Assembly (NCBI GenBank): GCA_963845755.1
Contig: CAWJTV010000011.1
Span: 160,001 to 224,000 of the forward strand
Length of the DNA: 64,000 nt
Direction: 5' to 3'
DNA from: an uncultured Planctomycetota bacterium
Lineage (GTDB): Bacteria; Planctomycetota; Planctomycetia; Isosphaerales; Isosphaeraceae
Position 1 is the first letter of the stretch; each line of letters starts with the position of its first letter. A program made the position numbers and the translations under genes. The notes below the pieces were generated by a model. The model did no database searches. It was given only the letters and a program-made list of their open reading frames with translations, and was not told where the DNA came from. Positions 21,499-33,239 of the stretch are shown in pieces.

Positions 21499-24400
21499 AT
21501 GAGGCACACTCTCGTGTTGACTGGACTCAATCTGGACGACGTCCAACGCGCCTGGGAGTCACGAGACCTCGAGCTGACCAGGGTCGTCCTCGAACTGGCC
21601 GGCCAGCCCGACAAGCCGCCCGCCACGCCTCCGCGCGAGGGCGCGCCGACGTTCGCCAAGTTCGTGGCTGAACTACATGACCAGGCCTTCGCGCAAAACC
21701 CCCGAGGAGCAGAAGCACTATCGAGTCGAGGGGATGCAGGCGCTCGAATCGCCGACGGCCGAAGGTCCTCTTCCCGACCGGCTCCGGATTCATGTGATCA
21801 TCGCGGCGCTCTGGGAAGACAACGGTCCCTTCGCCCGGTCGTGCCTGCTTGAGATCATCGCCCAGGTGCCGTTGCGCTATGGTCCGTGGCGAGCGCTGAA
21901 GCGGATCTTCAAGGAGGCCGAGGCTCGCGACGACACCGAGGTCTTTGGGCGCTGGCGGCTAGAGTGGATTCGTCGCAGATCGCGCAGGAGATCACCGGCC
22001 GCACACTCGACTATCTCCGCCGTCGTGCCTGGCGATACCTGCGCCGAACGGGCCAATCCCGTCCCGCCTGTTACGCCGACGTGGCCGCCGACGTGCTGGC
22101 TCGCTACGAGGATACCACGCCCTGGCATAACACCTGGGTCGCCAACCACATTTTCTACCATGAGACGGGCGACTATACCACTTCGAACTTCCATCTCAAG
22201 AAGGGGCGGTCGGACCTGAACGACCGCGCGTTCGCCGCGCTCTGGCAGCGGAGCCCGCGCCCGCTGTTCGGCCTGCTGGAGCGCGCGCCGGAGCGACCGG
22301 GTCCGGCAGTTCGCCGCCGACTGTTTGAAGGCCGACTTCCGCGCCTCGCTCCGCGAGGTCGAGCCCGCCTGGGTGGCCCGGCTGGTGAGTGTGGGCAGCG
22401 GGCCGGCGGACGAGTTCGTCGTCTGGGTGCTGAACAATGTCCCGAAGTTCGAGCAGGGCGCGTTTCGTTCGCTCGGTCTGCACCAGGCGGTGCTCCGGCT
22501 GTTCGACTCCCCCTCGGACACGGCCGGAGCCTATGCCGCCGAGTACGCCCGCACCCACGCCCGCGACCTGCCGGTGGATGAACTCGTCCGCCTGGTGGAC
22601 AATCGCCATGGCGCCGTCCGCAAGCTCGCCGTCGACCTGATCCAGGAGCGTGACCCGCGCAAGAAGATCGGACTGGATGCCTGGGGCCGGCTGCTCGAAT
22701 CGACCCGTGGCCAGTCGTTGGCAGCGACGGCTCTTCGCAAGCACTTCAGCGCCCGCGAGCTCACGCCCGACTGGTTCCGCGAACGGCTGTTCACGCCGAA
22801 GCAGGATCCGTTCGGGCACGTCCAGAACCTGCTGCTCGAGATTCATCCGGCCGAATCGCTGGGGCCGGGTTACTTCGTCGGACTTATCGAGATGGCCCAT
22901 AAGCAGGAGGACTGGACTCCGAACCGCGTCTTCCAATTCACCCAGTTCATCAAGGAGCAGCTCGCGCGGTTCGACCTCAACGCGCTCGATCGCGACGTCC
23001 TCCGCCGTCTCTTCCTGAAATCGTCCGCCATGACGATCATCCCCTGGATCGAGGAGGGCCGGCTCAAGCCCCAGGTGCTGGGCCTCGACTTCCTCAAGGC
23101 CGTGGCGTTTCACCCCGACTGGGAAACCGACCCCTGGATCGTCGAGCTGCGCCGGAACGGCCCCGCCTGGGCGCGCGAGCTGACGTTCGACGAGGGCATG
23201 TCGGAGAAGGTCCTTGGCTGGCTGGGCGACGTCCGCCGGTTTGCGCCTTCGGATATGGGGTTTGCTTGGTTGTTGAAGTTGGCGGCTCGGGGCGAGCCGC
23301 GATATCACAACTTCGCCGTCGAGACGATGATCAAGGGTTTCACACCCGCCGACTTCGCACCGAGCGTCCCCGAAGCCGCCGCGGCGCCTGCTGCTGGGCC
23401 GGCGACGGTCGACCTCGGCGGCGCCTCGTTCCTGTTCACGGGCAAGCTGGCGACGATGCAGCGCAAGGAGGCCGAGGACAAGGTCCGTCGCGCGGGCGGC
23501 TCGGCGGCCTCGAGTGTGACCGCCAAGCTCCATTACCTCGTCATCGGCGATGAGGGCTCGCCGCTGTATGGTCACGGCAAGAAGGGCGCGAAGCAGCTCA
23601 AGGGCGAGGAGCTCAATGCCGCGGGCGCGAACATCCGGATCATCTCGGAGACCGCATTCCTGAAGATGCTCGCCGGTCATGCGCCACGGGCCTCTCAGGG
23701 CGACGCGCTCGCCGGCGCCGAGCGGCTCTGGGAGATGGCCATCGTCCCCGGCGCGGCCGACGCCCCGCTCGGCCGGTTCGCCATGAAGTTCATTCTTCGC
23801 CATCACCCCGACATCGCTCTGGCTCAGACCGATCGACCTGTCGATCCCGGTGCCGAGATCCCCGCTGAGTTCCTCGGCTTCGATCGAGTGAGACCCTTGT
23901 TCTCGGAGACCCGCAAACCGCTCCGCGACCTGGCGCTGGAGCTGGCTCGGTGGGAGTTCGCACGCTGGTCTCCATCGGCCGACGAGCTGGTCCTTCTGGC
24001 CGAGAATCCGCACGCGGATGTTCGCCGGTTCGTGGCCCAGTCGCTCCTGGCCGACGACGCGCCCGAGCATCGCCGATACCGGATCGACCTCGAGTCGCTC
24101 ACGTCTGCGGCGGTCTTCCGTTTCTGCGAGTCGGCTGACGAGTTCGACGCGCGCCCTGGGCATGCAGCTCATCGACCGATCGGCCCGGTTCCGGCAGCCC
24201 GAGGAACTCTTCCGCCTGACCGAGAGCCCCGATCGGAGGGTCCGCGGATTCGTGATCCGGACGCTCTGGTCGCTCTATCGCGACCGGGGAATCACCGAGG
24301 GCTGGAGGCCGTACGTCCCGCCCGCGACGACCGTGGGCGCGGCGGCGAAGAAGGCCGCGCAAGTTCAGGCCGACAGCCGGGGTCCTGGTCCTCCAGCCCG

Positions 24401-24743
24401 GCCCGAGCAGTTGCCCGCGAGCCTGCGCGACCTATGGGGCTTTCTGCGTCGCACCCTGTTCGAGATCCCCCCACCGCGCCCCGAGAAGCGCGACCCGGAA
24501 GCCGGGGAATCGGGCGAACGGCTCAAGCCGTTCCCGGCGCGGCGGGCGAAACTGGCGCTGGTCGAAACCCTGCGCGACCTGGCCCTCGAGGATGCCGACT
24601 TTGCTCGCGGTGCGCTGCCGATCCTCGAGGAGTTCATGGTCTCCCGGGGCGTGACGGAGAGAGCCGCGTGCCTGGTCGCCGTCACCCGGATTCGACATAC
24701 CCACGCCGTGCTCCGCCTCGCAAGCGAAGGAGGTGCCTCATGA
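21499..24743 (+). CDS. Retron-associated large helical (HEAT/ARM-like) protein with central BRCT domain, several frameshifts
   Basis: Pieces 21499, 21677, 21886, 22325 and 24018 join. BRCT signature SFLFTGKLATMQRKEAEDKVRRAGGSAASSVTAKLHYLVIG near 23420-23550. Stop overlaps the next ATG (ATGA 24740-24743). Confidence 0.75.
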
Positions 24744-27700
24744 CCGCGCCGGCCGATAAGCACCTCACCTACCGTGGCGAGATCAAGGGAGCCGTCGGCG
24801 TCGGCGGCACGCTGGCGTTTGTCACCGTCCATCCCGAGGGTCAACCCACGGCCCTCTACCGGCTCGATGCGGACAAGCTGACGCTCGACACTGACCCGTT
24901 GCCGAGAGGCGGCACGACGATCACGGCCGTCGGCGAGAGCCTCTTCCTGGCCGGCGGTGATGGTCAGGTCTACGTGGGCTCGATCGCTTCGGGAGAGCCG
25001 AAACCGCTGGGCGCCGCCCTCGATATCCCGGCGACGGCCCTGGCTCCACTGGCCGATAGCCGATTGGCCGCCCTCGTTGGATCGCGCGTCGTCATCCTGG
25101 CCACCAAGAACGGCAAGTCGGTCCAGACGCTCGACCTGCCCGAGCCGGGGACATCGTTGGCGGCCGACGCGACAGGGCGCTGGCTGGCGGTCGGGACGGC
25201 GAAGGGGACTGTCCTGGTCTTCGACGCCGAGGACAAGCCTGAGTTTTTGCTGAGTGCTTCGGAGCGGCTGCACGAGGGTGCGGTCAGTGCGATCTTGTTC
25301 GAGCCGGACGAGCTGCGGTTTCTCTCGGCGGGGGCCGACCAGAAGCTCCTGTTGACCCACGCCCGCGGCAAGCTCGAGCCCGAGGACAAGGGGCGAGGCA
25401 ACAACCACACCGACGTCATCAAGGCGATGATCTGGGGGCCCGGCGATCGCCTCTACACGGGAGCCTTCGACGCCGCGATCAAGTCGTGGCCGCGGGTGGG
25501 CGCGATCAAGCCGGCGACGACCAAGGACGGGGTCGGCCGCGTCGTCGCCCTGGCGATGGTCCAGGTCCACGAGCGGCCCCGGCTTGTTGGGGCGTGCGAA
25601 GACCAGACGATCCGGGTTTTTCCGGTCGACGCGGCGGGCAAGATCGGCGAGCTGGCACACTGGGTTCGTGACGCTTACGCCCGGGCCAAGCACGAGCTGT
25701 CGCAGGACGATCCCACCCGTCGCGAGGAAGCCCTGAAAGCCCTCGCGGGTTACGCCGACACGCGCGCCCTGGGCCTGATCGCCGAGCAGGCCGACGCCGA
25801 CGCCGACCACGCGCTTCGCCTTCATGCGGCCGACCTCCTCGGCGCGTCCGGTCATGCCCGGGCCGCAACCCTGCTGGAGAAGCTACTCGGACATCGGGAC
25901 GAGGCGGTCCGCGTCTCGGCGTTCCGGGGACTACGCCGGCATCTCGGCGAGACCGACCTCCGCCCGATCGACCTGGCGCTGAAGGCGGATAAGCCCGACG
26001 TCGGCCGGCTGGCCGTGCAGGCTCTGGAAACTCTCGCGACGAAGGACGACCAGGCCCTGGCGCGGCTGACCGACGCCCTCAACGCCCGGGTGCCCGAGGT
26101 CCGCCTGGCGGCCGTGGTGAGCCTCGAATCGGCCGCGGACCCGCGATCGCCCGAGTCGAACCTGGCGGCGCTGACCTCGAAGCATGCCGATGTCCGCCGC
26201 TCCGCACTGCTGCGACTCTACCGGCGCGGGCTGCTCGGCGAGCCGGCCGTCCAGTCGGCGCTGCGGCGCCGGGCCGAGGACGCCGATCCCGATGTCCGCC
26301 GCACCGCGTTCTTGCTCGCAATCCACACCCGCGAGCGGCTGCTTCAGGCCCTTCGGTCGCGCGATCCCGACTTGCAGCGACAGCTCGTCGAGTTGGAGGA
26401 CACGGGTCATGGCGAGCCAGTAGGGCCAGATGTGCCGACCGATCGAGGTGCAGACGGCGCTCTGGTGCTCACAGAGCACCCTACGGGGTCGCAGAAAAAG
26501 AAGGCCAAGCCCGCCAAGACGACCTCCACCACGGCGGAGCCATCTCTCGAAGACTTCGACTTCGAGCCCTTGCTCCAGGCGACGGCCAGCCGGTGCTGGA
26601 CACCTGCCTCCGGGGGGCGCGAGGGCTGGCGATGCTGGGCGATCCGCGGGCGTTCGGCCTTCTACTCCAACTCAGCCGGGAAGAGGACAAGACGGCCCGC
26701 GCCGAGGTCTGCCGGGCGATGGCTGCGCTCGACGATCCGCGCGCGGCCGAGCGGCTCCGCTCGATGCTTCACGACCCGGAGCCCGAGGTCCGCGACGCCG
26801 CCTTCACCGCCATGGCCCGTCTCCACCAAGCCAGTCCCTTGGCAGCCGCCGAGTCGGGCCTGAACGCCTCGCATGAAGATGTACGCCGGCGCGGTCTCCA
26901 ACTCCTGGTCGAGCAGATCCGCAAGGCCAAGACCGGAGGTGCCGCCGGGCCGGCCCTGTCGCTGCTCTCGCGCGCCCTCAACGACAGCTTCCCGGCGGTC
27001 CGGTCCGAGGCGTTCAAGTCGGCGCTGGGCCTCCACGCGGGCGGCGCCGGCGCGGGCACTCTCCGGTTCGCCTTGCAGAGCGTTCATGCCGACGTTCGCC
27101 GGGAGGTCCTCACAGAGGTGATGGCCCAGGTGGGCGAGCCCTGGGGCTGGGACCTCCTGCTGGAGTTCTTCAACGATCCCGACCCGGCGCTGCGGGGCGA
27201 AACGTTCGAGTTTGCCCTCAAGAAGACCAGAGGGCTCGAGTTCCTCGAGGCGGCGCTCGCCTCACGATACCCCGACCTTCGCGAGCGGTCGGTCGCCGAG
27301 CTGGTCAAGAAGCACACCGCCGCGGCACAGGCGCTGCTGGTCCGGGCACTCGACGATGAGGACCCCGAGGTTCGACTTGCCGCGATGAAATCGCTGGTCG
27401 ATGCCGACGCCCTGCCTGCGCTGATGGAGGCCCTCGGAAACACGCATCCCGACGTGTGCCTCAGCGCGGCCAAGGCCTTCGCCCGTCATGGCGACTCCCG
27501 GCGGCTCGAGCCGCTCCTCGTCCTGGCAACGGCCCCGGAACCCTTGGAGCAAGAGCGTCGTGACGACTGGCTCAAGCAGGCCGAGTCGGCCCTGGACGGC
27601 TTGGGTGAGCTGGGCGATCCGGCCGCGTTGGCGCACGTGATCCCGCTCCTGGACAGTCCGCGGACGGCGATCCGCCTCCAGGCAGCTCGGGCCCTGGTCT

Positions 27701-30700
27701 GGGTGTCTCGGCCCGGAACCACCGACGCGCTGCGACAGGCGATCCAGCACGCCGACGTCGCCGTGAAGTACCACGCCGCCAAGGGCCTCGCCTTTACCGG
27801 CGATGGCTCGGTGGTCCCGCTCGTGTTTTCCGAGGCGGCCGGCAAGATCGTGAGCGTCGGCGAGCAGATCGCCGCCGCGCTGGCCGTCGGGGCCGCGGGC
27901 GAGGACAGGCTCGCCGTCTCTCTGGACGACACGAATGAGGACGTCCGCGACCGCGCCCTGGTCCTCTTGATGATGCTCGAATGGAAGGACCCGGACGGCA
28001 CGGCCGCGCGTTGCCTCGCCTGCCTGGCGAGCCGGACGCCCCGGATGCGCCTCACCGCCGCCCGAGCACTCGAAGCCCTGGTCGAGCCCGGCATCTTCGA
28101 GCCCTTCATTATCAGTCTGGTCAACGAACGGGGCGACAAGCCCGAATGGAAGATCGCGGCGCCGACCGTAAATGCCTTCGCCGAAATGCTCGTCCATGGC
28201 GACGCGCAGCTCCGGGCGCGCACGGCTCGGCTCTTTGCCCGGCTCAATGAGAAGGAACAGGCCGCCTTCGACCAGGCCTGGGCGGTACACGAGCAACGGT
28301 TTGCCCGCGAGCTCGCCGAGCTAATCCGTCAGGCCAAGGCACGGAATCCGGTCGCGCCGCGATACACGCGCGATCAACTCCGTGAGCTGGCCTTCGGGGC
28401 GTATGTCGGCTTAGTCCGCGAGCAGGGCAGCTCGAAAGGCAAGGGTCAATCCGGCACCGATCCGGCCATCGTGCGCGTCCGGCAGTCGGCGCTGGACCGT
28501 CTGCTCGCGCTGGCGGGCGCCGATGCACATCTCGCCGCCGCGTCGCGGCCGGTTTTCGTGCAGGCGCTCGGCGATCCGAACCAGGCTGTCCGGTTCCAGG
28601 CGTTCGAGCAGGTCCAGAAGATCGGGCTGGGAACAACGGAGCTGGCCGCCGAGGCGCTGGCCACCGGGCACGTCAACCTGGGCGTCAAGGGTCTGGAGTT
28701 GCTCGCCGGCGACCGTTCCGAGGCCGAAGGCGCGGCCGTGCTCGAACGGGCGATGCTGGCACGTACCGACGACCTGGCCATCGAGTCCGCCAAGCTGTTG
28801 ATCGCGCGTCGAGGGGCCGTGGCCGTGGCCAGCCGTGCTGTGGAGGCCACTCACCCACAACTCCGCAACCAGGCCGTCAACTGGCTTGCCGCCGAATACG
28901 ACAAGGACCCTGGCGCCGGGAAAGCGCTACGGTCGGCCCTGTCCTCGCGATATCAGGCCGTCCGTGAAGCGGCGGCGTTCGCGCTAGCCATCAAGAAGGA
29001 CCCCGCCGCTTTCGAGCCCCTGGTTGGGATCCTGGCCACCGCGTCCGTGGGGAGGCAACAACAACGTGTCATCCAGACGATGGAGACCCAGGGCGACCCG
29101 CGCGCCGGAGGGGTCTTCCTCGACCGGATCGAGAACGACCCGGCCGGGACGGCGATGGTCAACGAGCTGCTCAAGGGAGTCGGCCGGTTCCGGCGCCCCG
29201 AGACTGCCGATCGGTTGCTGAGTCACTGGGAGAAAGACACGAAACGACACGATGCCGTCTTCAACGCCCTGGTGACGATCAGCGGCTACGATCAACGGAT
29301 CGAGGACACCGAGGACGAGCAGCCCGAATCCTTCTGGCTAGAGAAGCAATTCCCTCGTCATGACGATGTGCTCGCCCGGTTGATGGACCGGGTCTCGGCG
29401 CCGGCCGAAGCCAAGTTCCTGGCCCGGCTGATTCCCGGGGCCCGCTGGGCGCGCGGCAAGCCGGTCGATCCCGTCCTGTCGGGTTTGATCAACCACGCCA
29501 ATGACGAGGTCCGGCAGAAAGCCGTCGAGGCCATCGGCTGGCGGCTTCGCAAGCGCGGGAGCGAGGCCGAGCCTCTGAAGAAGGCCCTCGCGCATCGCGA
29601 CACGATTACCCAGTTCCTCGCCGCCGAGGCGCTGGCCAAGGCCGGCCGCGGCGATGGGATGAACGTGTTGCTGGCGAGCATCGACTTCGCCACCGACCTG
29701 GATATTCGCCGCCGTGCCGTGCTCGCCCTTGGCGAGTTGGCCGACGAGCGGGCGCTGGACGTGCTTCTCAAGCTTGCCGGCGAGGATGGCCACGCGCTCC
29801 AGGAGCAGGCCCTCGAGGCCATCGGCCATCTGGGTCGCTCTCAGCGGGCCGACGAAGTGTTCAAGGTCCTGGAGCGGCACGCGAAGGGAACCGCCGGCAT
29901 AGCATGGCGGGCCCTCAACGGCCTGCGCTGGCTCAACACGCGGGCGGCGTGGGAGGTCATCCGGGCACGGACGTCCGACCCATCGTGTCCGTTCTGGGAA
30001 GAATCCGTCAGTCTGCTGGGCTACAACAACGATCCGGCTACCCGCGACTTGCTGCTCCGTTTGCTCGCCAAGGAGGCCGATGTGGTCGAGGCGGCAATGG
30101 CGGCCGCTCGCCGTCTCTGGGGCCAGGACTCGCTCGAGCCGGATTACGCGGTAGTCCAGAACGAAGACCTGGATCATCTGGATGATCACGAGAAGATACT
30201 GGCCCGGCTCCGCGACCGGGGCGAGCCGCGGCGCATCTTCGAGATCCTCCCGAAGTGTCCCGCCCCGGTGCGCGCGACGCTCGCCACCGGACTGTTGAAT
30301 CGGGCCGAGCCGCCCGTGGCCGAGGCGCTAGCCGCGCTCGACAGCCCGGACCCGACCACCGCCGGGACGGCAGCCCACATCCTGGGCCGAGCCGGCGCCG
30401 GACGGCCGAGGCCGGGCCGGCGGTGATCAATGCGCTGGTGAAGTGGCGAAAGCTCTGGGAGGAACAACGGCCGTCGTTCGACCGGAGCGTCGCCGGCCTG
30501 ATCCGCCGGAAGAACGAACAGGCCGACGGGCTCACCGCGTGCGTCCGGGATCTGGTCTGGGCGGCGGGCCGGCTGGGCGTTGGCACCGAGTCCCTGGCGG
30601 AGGCCGCCACCGCGCGGCCGGACGACGACGAGTATCAGCCGATCCGCCTGGCCGCCGTCCTGGCCCTCGGCTCGGCCACGATGTCCCCGGGCGCGATTGC

Positions 30701-31172
30701 GGCCCTGGAGTCGGCCGCGTTCACGGGCGCCCCCGAGATCCGCGCCGCCGCCGCGCAGGCCATCGCCCGGCGCGACCCCGAGCGGGCCGCCAGGCTCGCT
30801 GACCAGTTCCTGTCCGATCGCGTCGGCTTCCACCGGCTCACGCTCGACGGCGCGAGGGACCTCGAGGAGACGCTCCGAACTGCCGCGCGCCAGGTCCATT
30901 ATCAAGGCATCGTCCTCCCGGGCCTGATCGATCGCGGCGACGTCTCGGCGCTGGCCGTCGTGGCCGAGGATCGCGCGCTGCCCGAGGCCGCGCGGCTGGG
31001 GGCCGTCGAGGGGCTGGCCGCGATGGCCCGGGAGCCGGCCGAAGACGTACTTCGCAGGGTCGGGATGAGCACCGTCGAAGACGAGGAATTGCGCAAAGCC
31101 GCCTGGCGCGGGCTCCGCCGCTCGAAGCGGGCGCGGAAGACCCGGGCGACGAAGGTCGAGGTGAAGTCATGA
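24740..31172 (+). CDS. Retron-associated giant protein (~2100 aa): N-terminal WD40-like beta-propeller plus many HEAT repeats, frameshifts near 26590 and 30400
   Basis: AGGAGG ribosome-binding site. WD-like blades (HEGAVSAILF..FLSAGADQK; HTDVIKAM..LYTGAFDAAIKSW) followed by repeated HEAT motifs (D.D.EVR.AA). ATGA overlap with the next gene. Confidence 0.8.
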
Positions 31173-33039
31173 GCCCTGCCGACGAGACTCGCGAAGAGAC
31201 TCAGGAGCCGGCCGCAGCCGAGATCGCGACGACCGAGGTCCGCATGGCCTATGCCGGGATGAGCACGCTGGTCGCCACCGAGGAGACCGCGGGCTGACCC
31301 TGGCGAGCAATCTCCGCCGCGACCCAGTGCGGTTCGAGGCCACCATCAAGGAGCCGCTTCGGTTCCGCGAGGCGATGGCCGCGCTCTACGCGGTTGTGGC
31401 CAGCGACTTCCGCTATGTGCCCAAGGACCGGACCGCCTATGTGGCCTACAGCCGGATGCGCCGGGAGTCGTCGAGCCTGAATGCTTGGCAGGCCCAGCGC
31501 GCCTATTTCTCCTGGCTGCTGCGCAACGACCCATTGGCGTTTGTAATCCTCGACCCCGTGATCACGGTTCATCCGGATCAGGTCCTTTTCGAGGTCTTCA
31601 GCAAGGATGAGGGAGCCTATGCGAAGTTGGGCGTGGATCGCGACGCCTTCGACCACGCCGAGACGCCGGCCTTCGGCACGACGAACGTGGACTTCAGCCA
31701 GTCGCTCTATCAGGGCTTGCAGCAGATGCGGAGCTACCGCGAGACCCGGCTGAGCATCGGCCAGGAGGGCGTGAAGTTCGCCACGACTACCGCGGGCGAG
31801 GTCCTGGAGAAGCGGATCCGCGTGCCCGACTCATGGCTGCGCGGCTTCCTCCAGGTCCAGTCGTCGGCCGCGCTGCCGCGCGACCGGTTCGACCTGGCGC
31901 CGGTGGACTTGTACAACGCCCTGCGCCACCTGCGGCTGAACGCCGATCGCAAGGGCCAGCGGCGGGGTTTGCGGATCGAGCTGGTCCCGGGCGAGCCGCC
32001 GCGCCTGGTGCTCGAGCCTTGGAACGTGGTGATCCCCGCGACGACCGGCACGTTCAAGGGGAAGGCCGCGCGGGCCGTCCGCATCTGGGGCCGGCGCCGG
32101 CTGTCGCTGCTGCACCGGTTTCTCCCGTTCACGGAAGAGGTTGAGGTCCACGTGCTGGGCAGCGGTCTGCCGAGCTTCTGGGTCCTGCGTGCGCCTGGCA
32201 TGACGTTGACCCTCGGCCTGACCGGCTTCACCGCGGCCAACTGGTCGCAGGCGATCAACTTCGATCTCCTGCTGCCGCGGAAGACCGCAACGACGACCCA
32301 GCCGCTCGACGCGGTCCTCGCCCATCTGCACGAACACTGGTCGGCAGGGGCCGGCGAGCTGGCCCGCGCGACCGGCCTGGCCTGGCCCGCCTTGACCGAG
32401 GCGCTCCAACTCGGCTGCCAGCAGGGGAAGATCATGTATGACCTCGCGAGCGACGTCTACCGATTCCGTCCGCTGACGGACGTCCCGCTCGACCCGGCCC
32501 GGCTGGAGTTTCGCGACAGCCGCGAGCGGATCGCCCACGACCTATTGATCCGCCGCGGCGCGGTCAAGATCGTCTCCGAGAACCGCATCCCGGGCACCGG
32601 CCTGGAGCTGACCGGCCAGGTCACCGTGACCGAGGACCGGCGCGACTATCGTCCCCAGATGCTGCTCGCCGACGAGGGCCAGGTAACCCGCGCCGACTGC
32701 ACCTGCACGGCGTACCGCAAGCAGGGCCTGAAGGCCGGCCGGTGCGTCCACCTGGTGGCGTTGCGGCTGGCCTACGCCGAGCAGGAGGCCCGCCGGCTCA
32801 AGGGGCTCGACCCCTTGCAGGCGATCGCGGTCGAGACCCGGACGTACTCGCGCCGGCACCCGGCCGGCGAGGAAGTCTATCAAGTCTCGCTCGAGCGTCA
32901 ACGACTCAAGATCCGATGGGGCCAGGATGACCAGCCCCGGCGATTGCAGACCTTGACGTTCGACACCGTGGAAGACGCGCGCGGGGCGTTCCTCAACCGG
33001 GCTGCCGATCTGGAAGCGCGCGGGTTCCTCTCGCTCTAG
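31169..33039 (+). CDS. Retron-associated SWIM zinc-finger protein with C-terminal WGR-like domain, frameshift near 31290
   Basis: DPVITVHPD..FEVFSKDE..YA, PDSWLRGFLQVQ; SWIM CxC..CxH (ADCTCTAYRKQGLKAGRCVHLVAL); WGR-like YQVSL..LKIRWGQ..QTLTF...EDARGAF...EARGF. Confidence 0.8.
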
Positions 33040-33059
33040 CCGTCGGCCAGGTTTTCCTG

Positions 33060-33180
33060 AAAACAGGTGGAATAACAGGTGGATTGGGATCAATCGTACA
33101 CTATTTTGTAAAGGCGTTTGTCGAACCCATGAATATATTATATTTTATCATGAATTTTGATAATTGTCTGAAAATAGAAC
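33060..33180 (+). promoter_or_regulatory. AT-rich putative promoter upstream of the retron RT, with a 10-bp direct repeat
   Basis: AACAGGTGGA at 33062-33071 and 33074-33083, then a strongly AT-rich tract (atgaatatattatattttatcatgaattttgataatt). Confidence 0.5.
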
Positions 33181-33239
33181 GTGGGCCGAGCGGCCCTCTT
33201 CGATGACCCGGGCGCAGCGCGCGAAAGGACGGACGAGCG

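Noticed and set aside
22325..26863. Single 1512-aa ORF from the track
   Set aside because: It is an artefactual fusion. An indel near 24140 shifts gene 1 out of frame, and gene 2 has its own AGGAGG and ATG at 24740.
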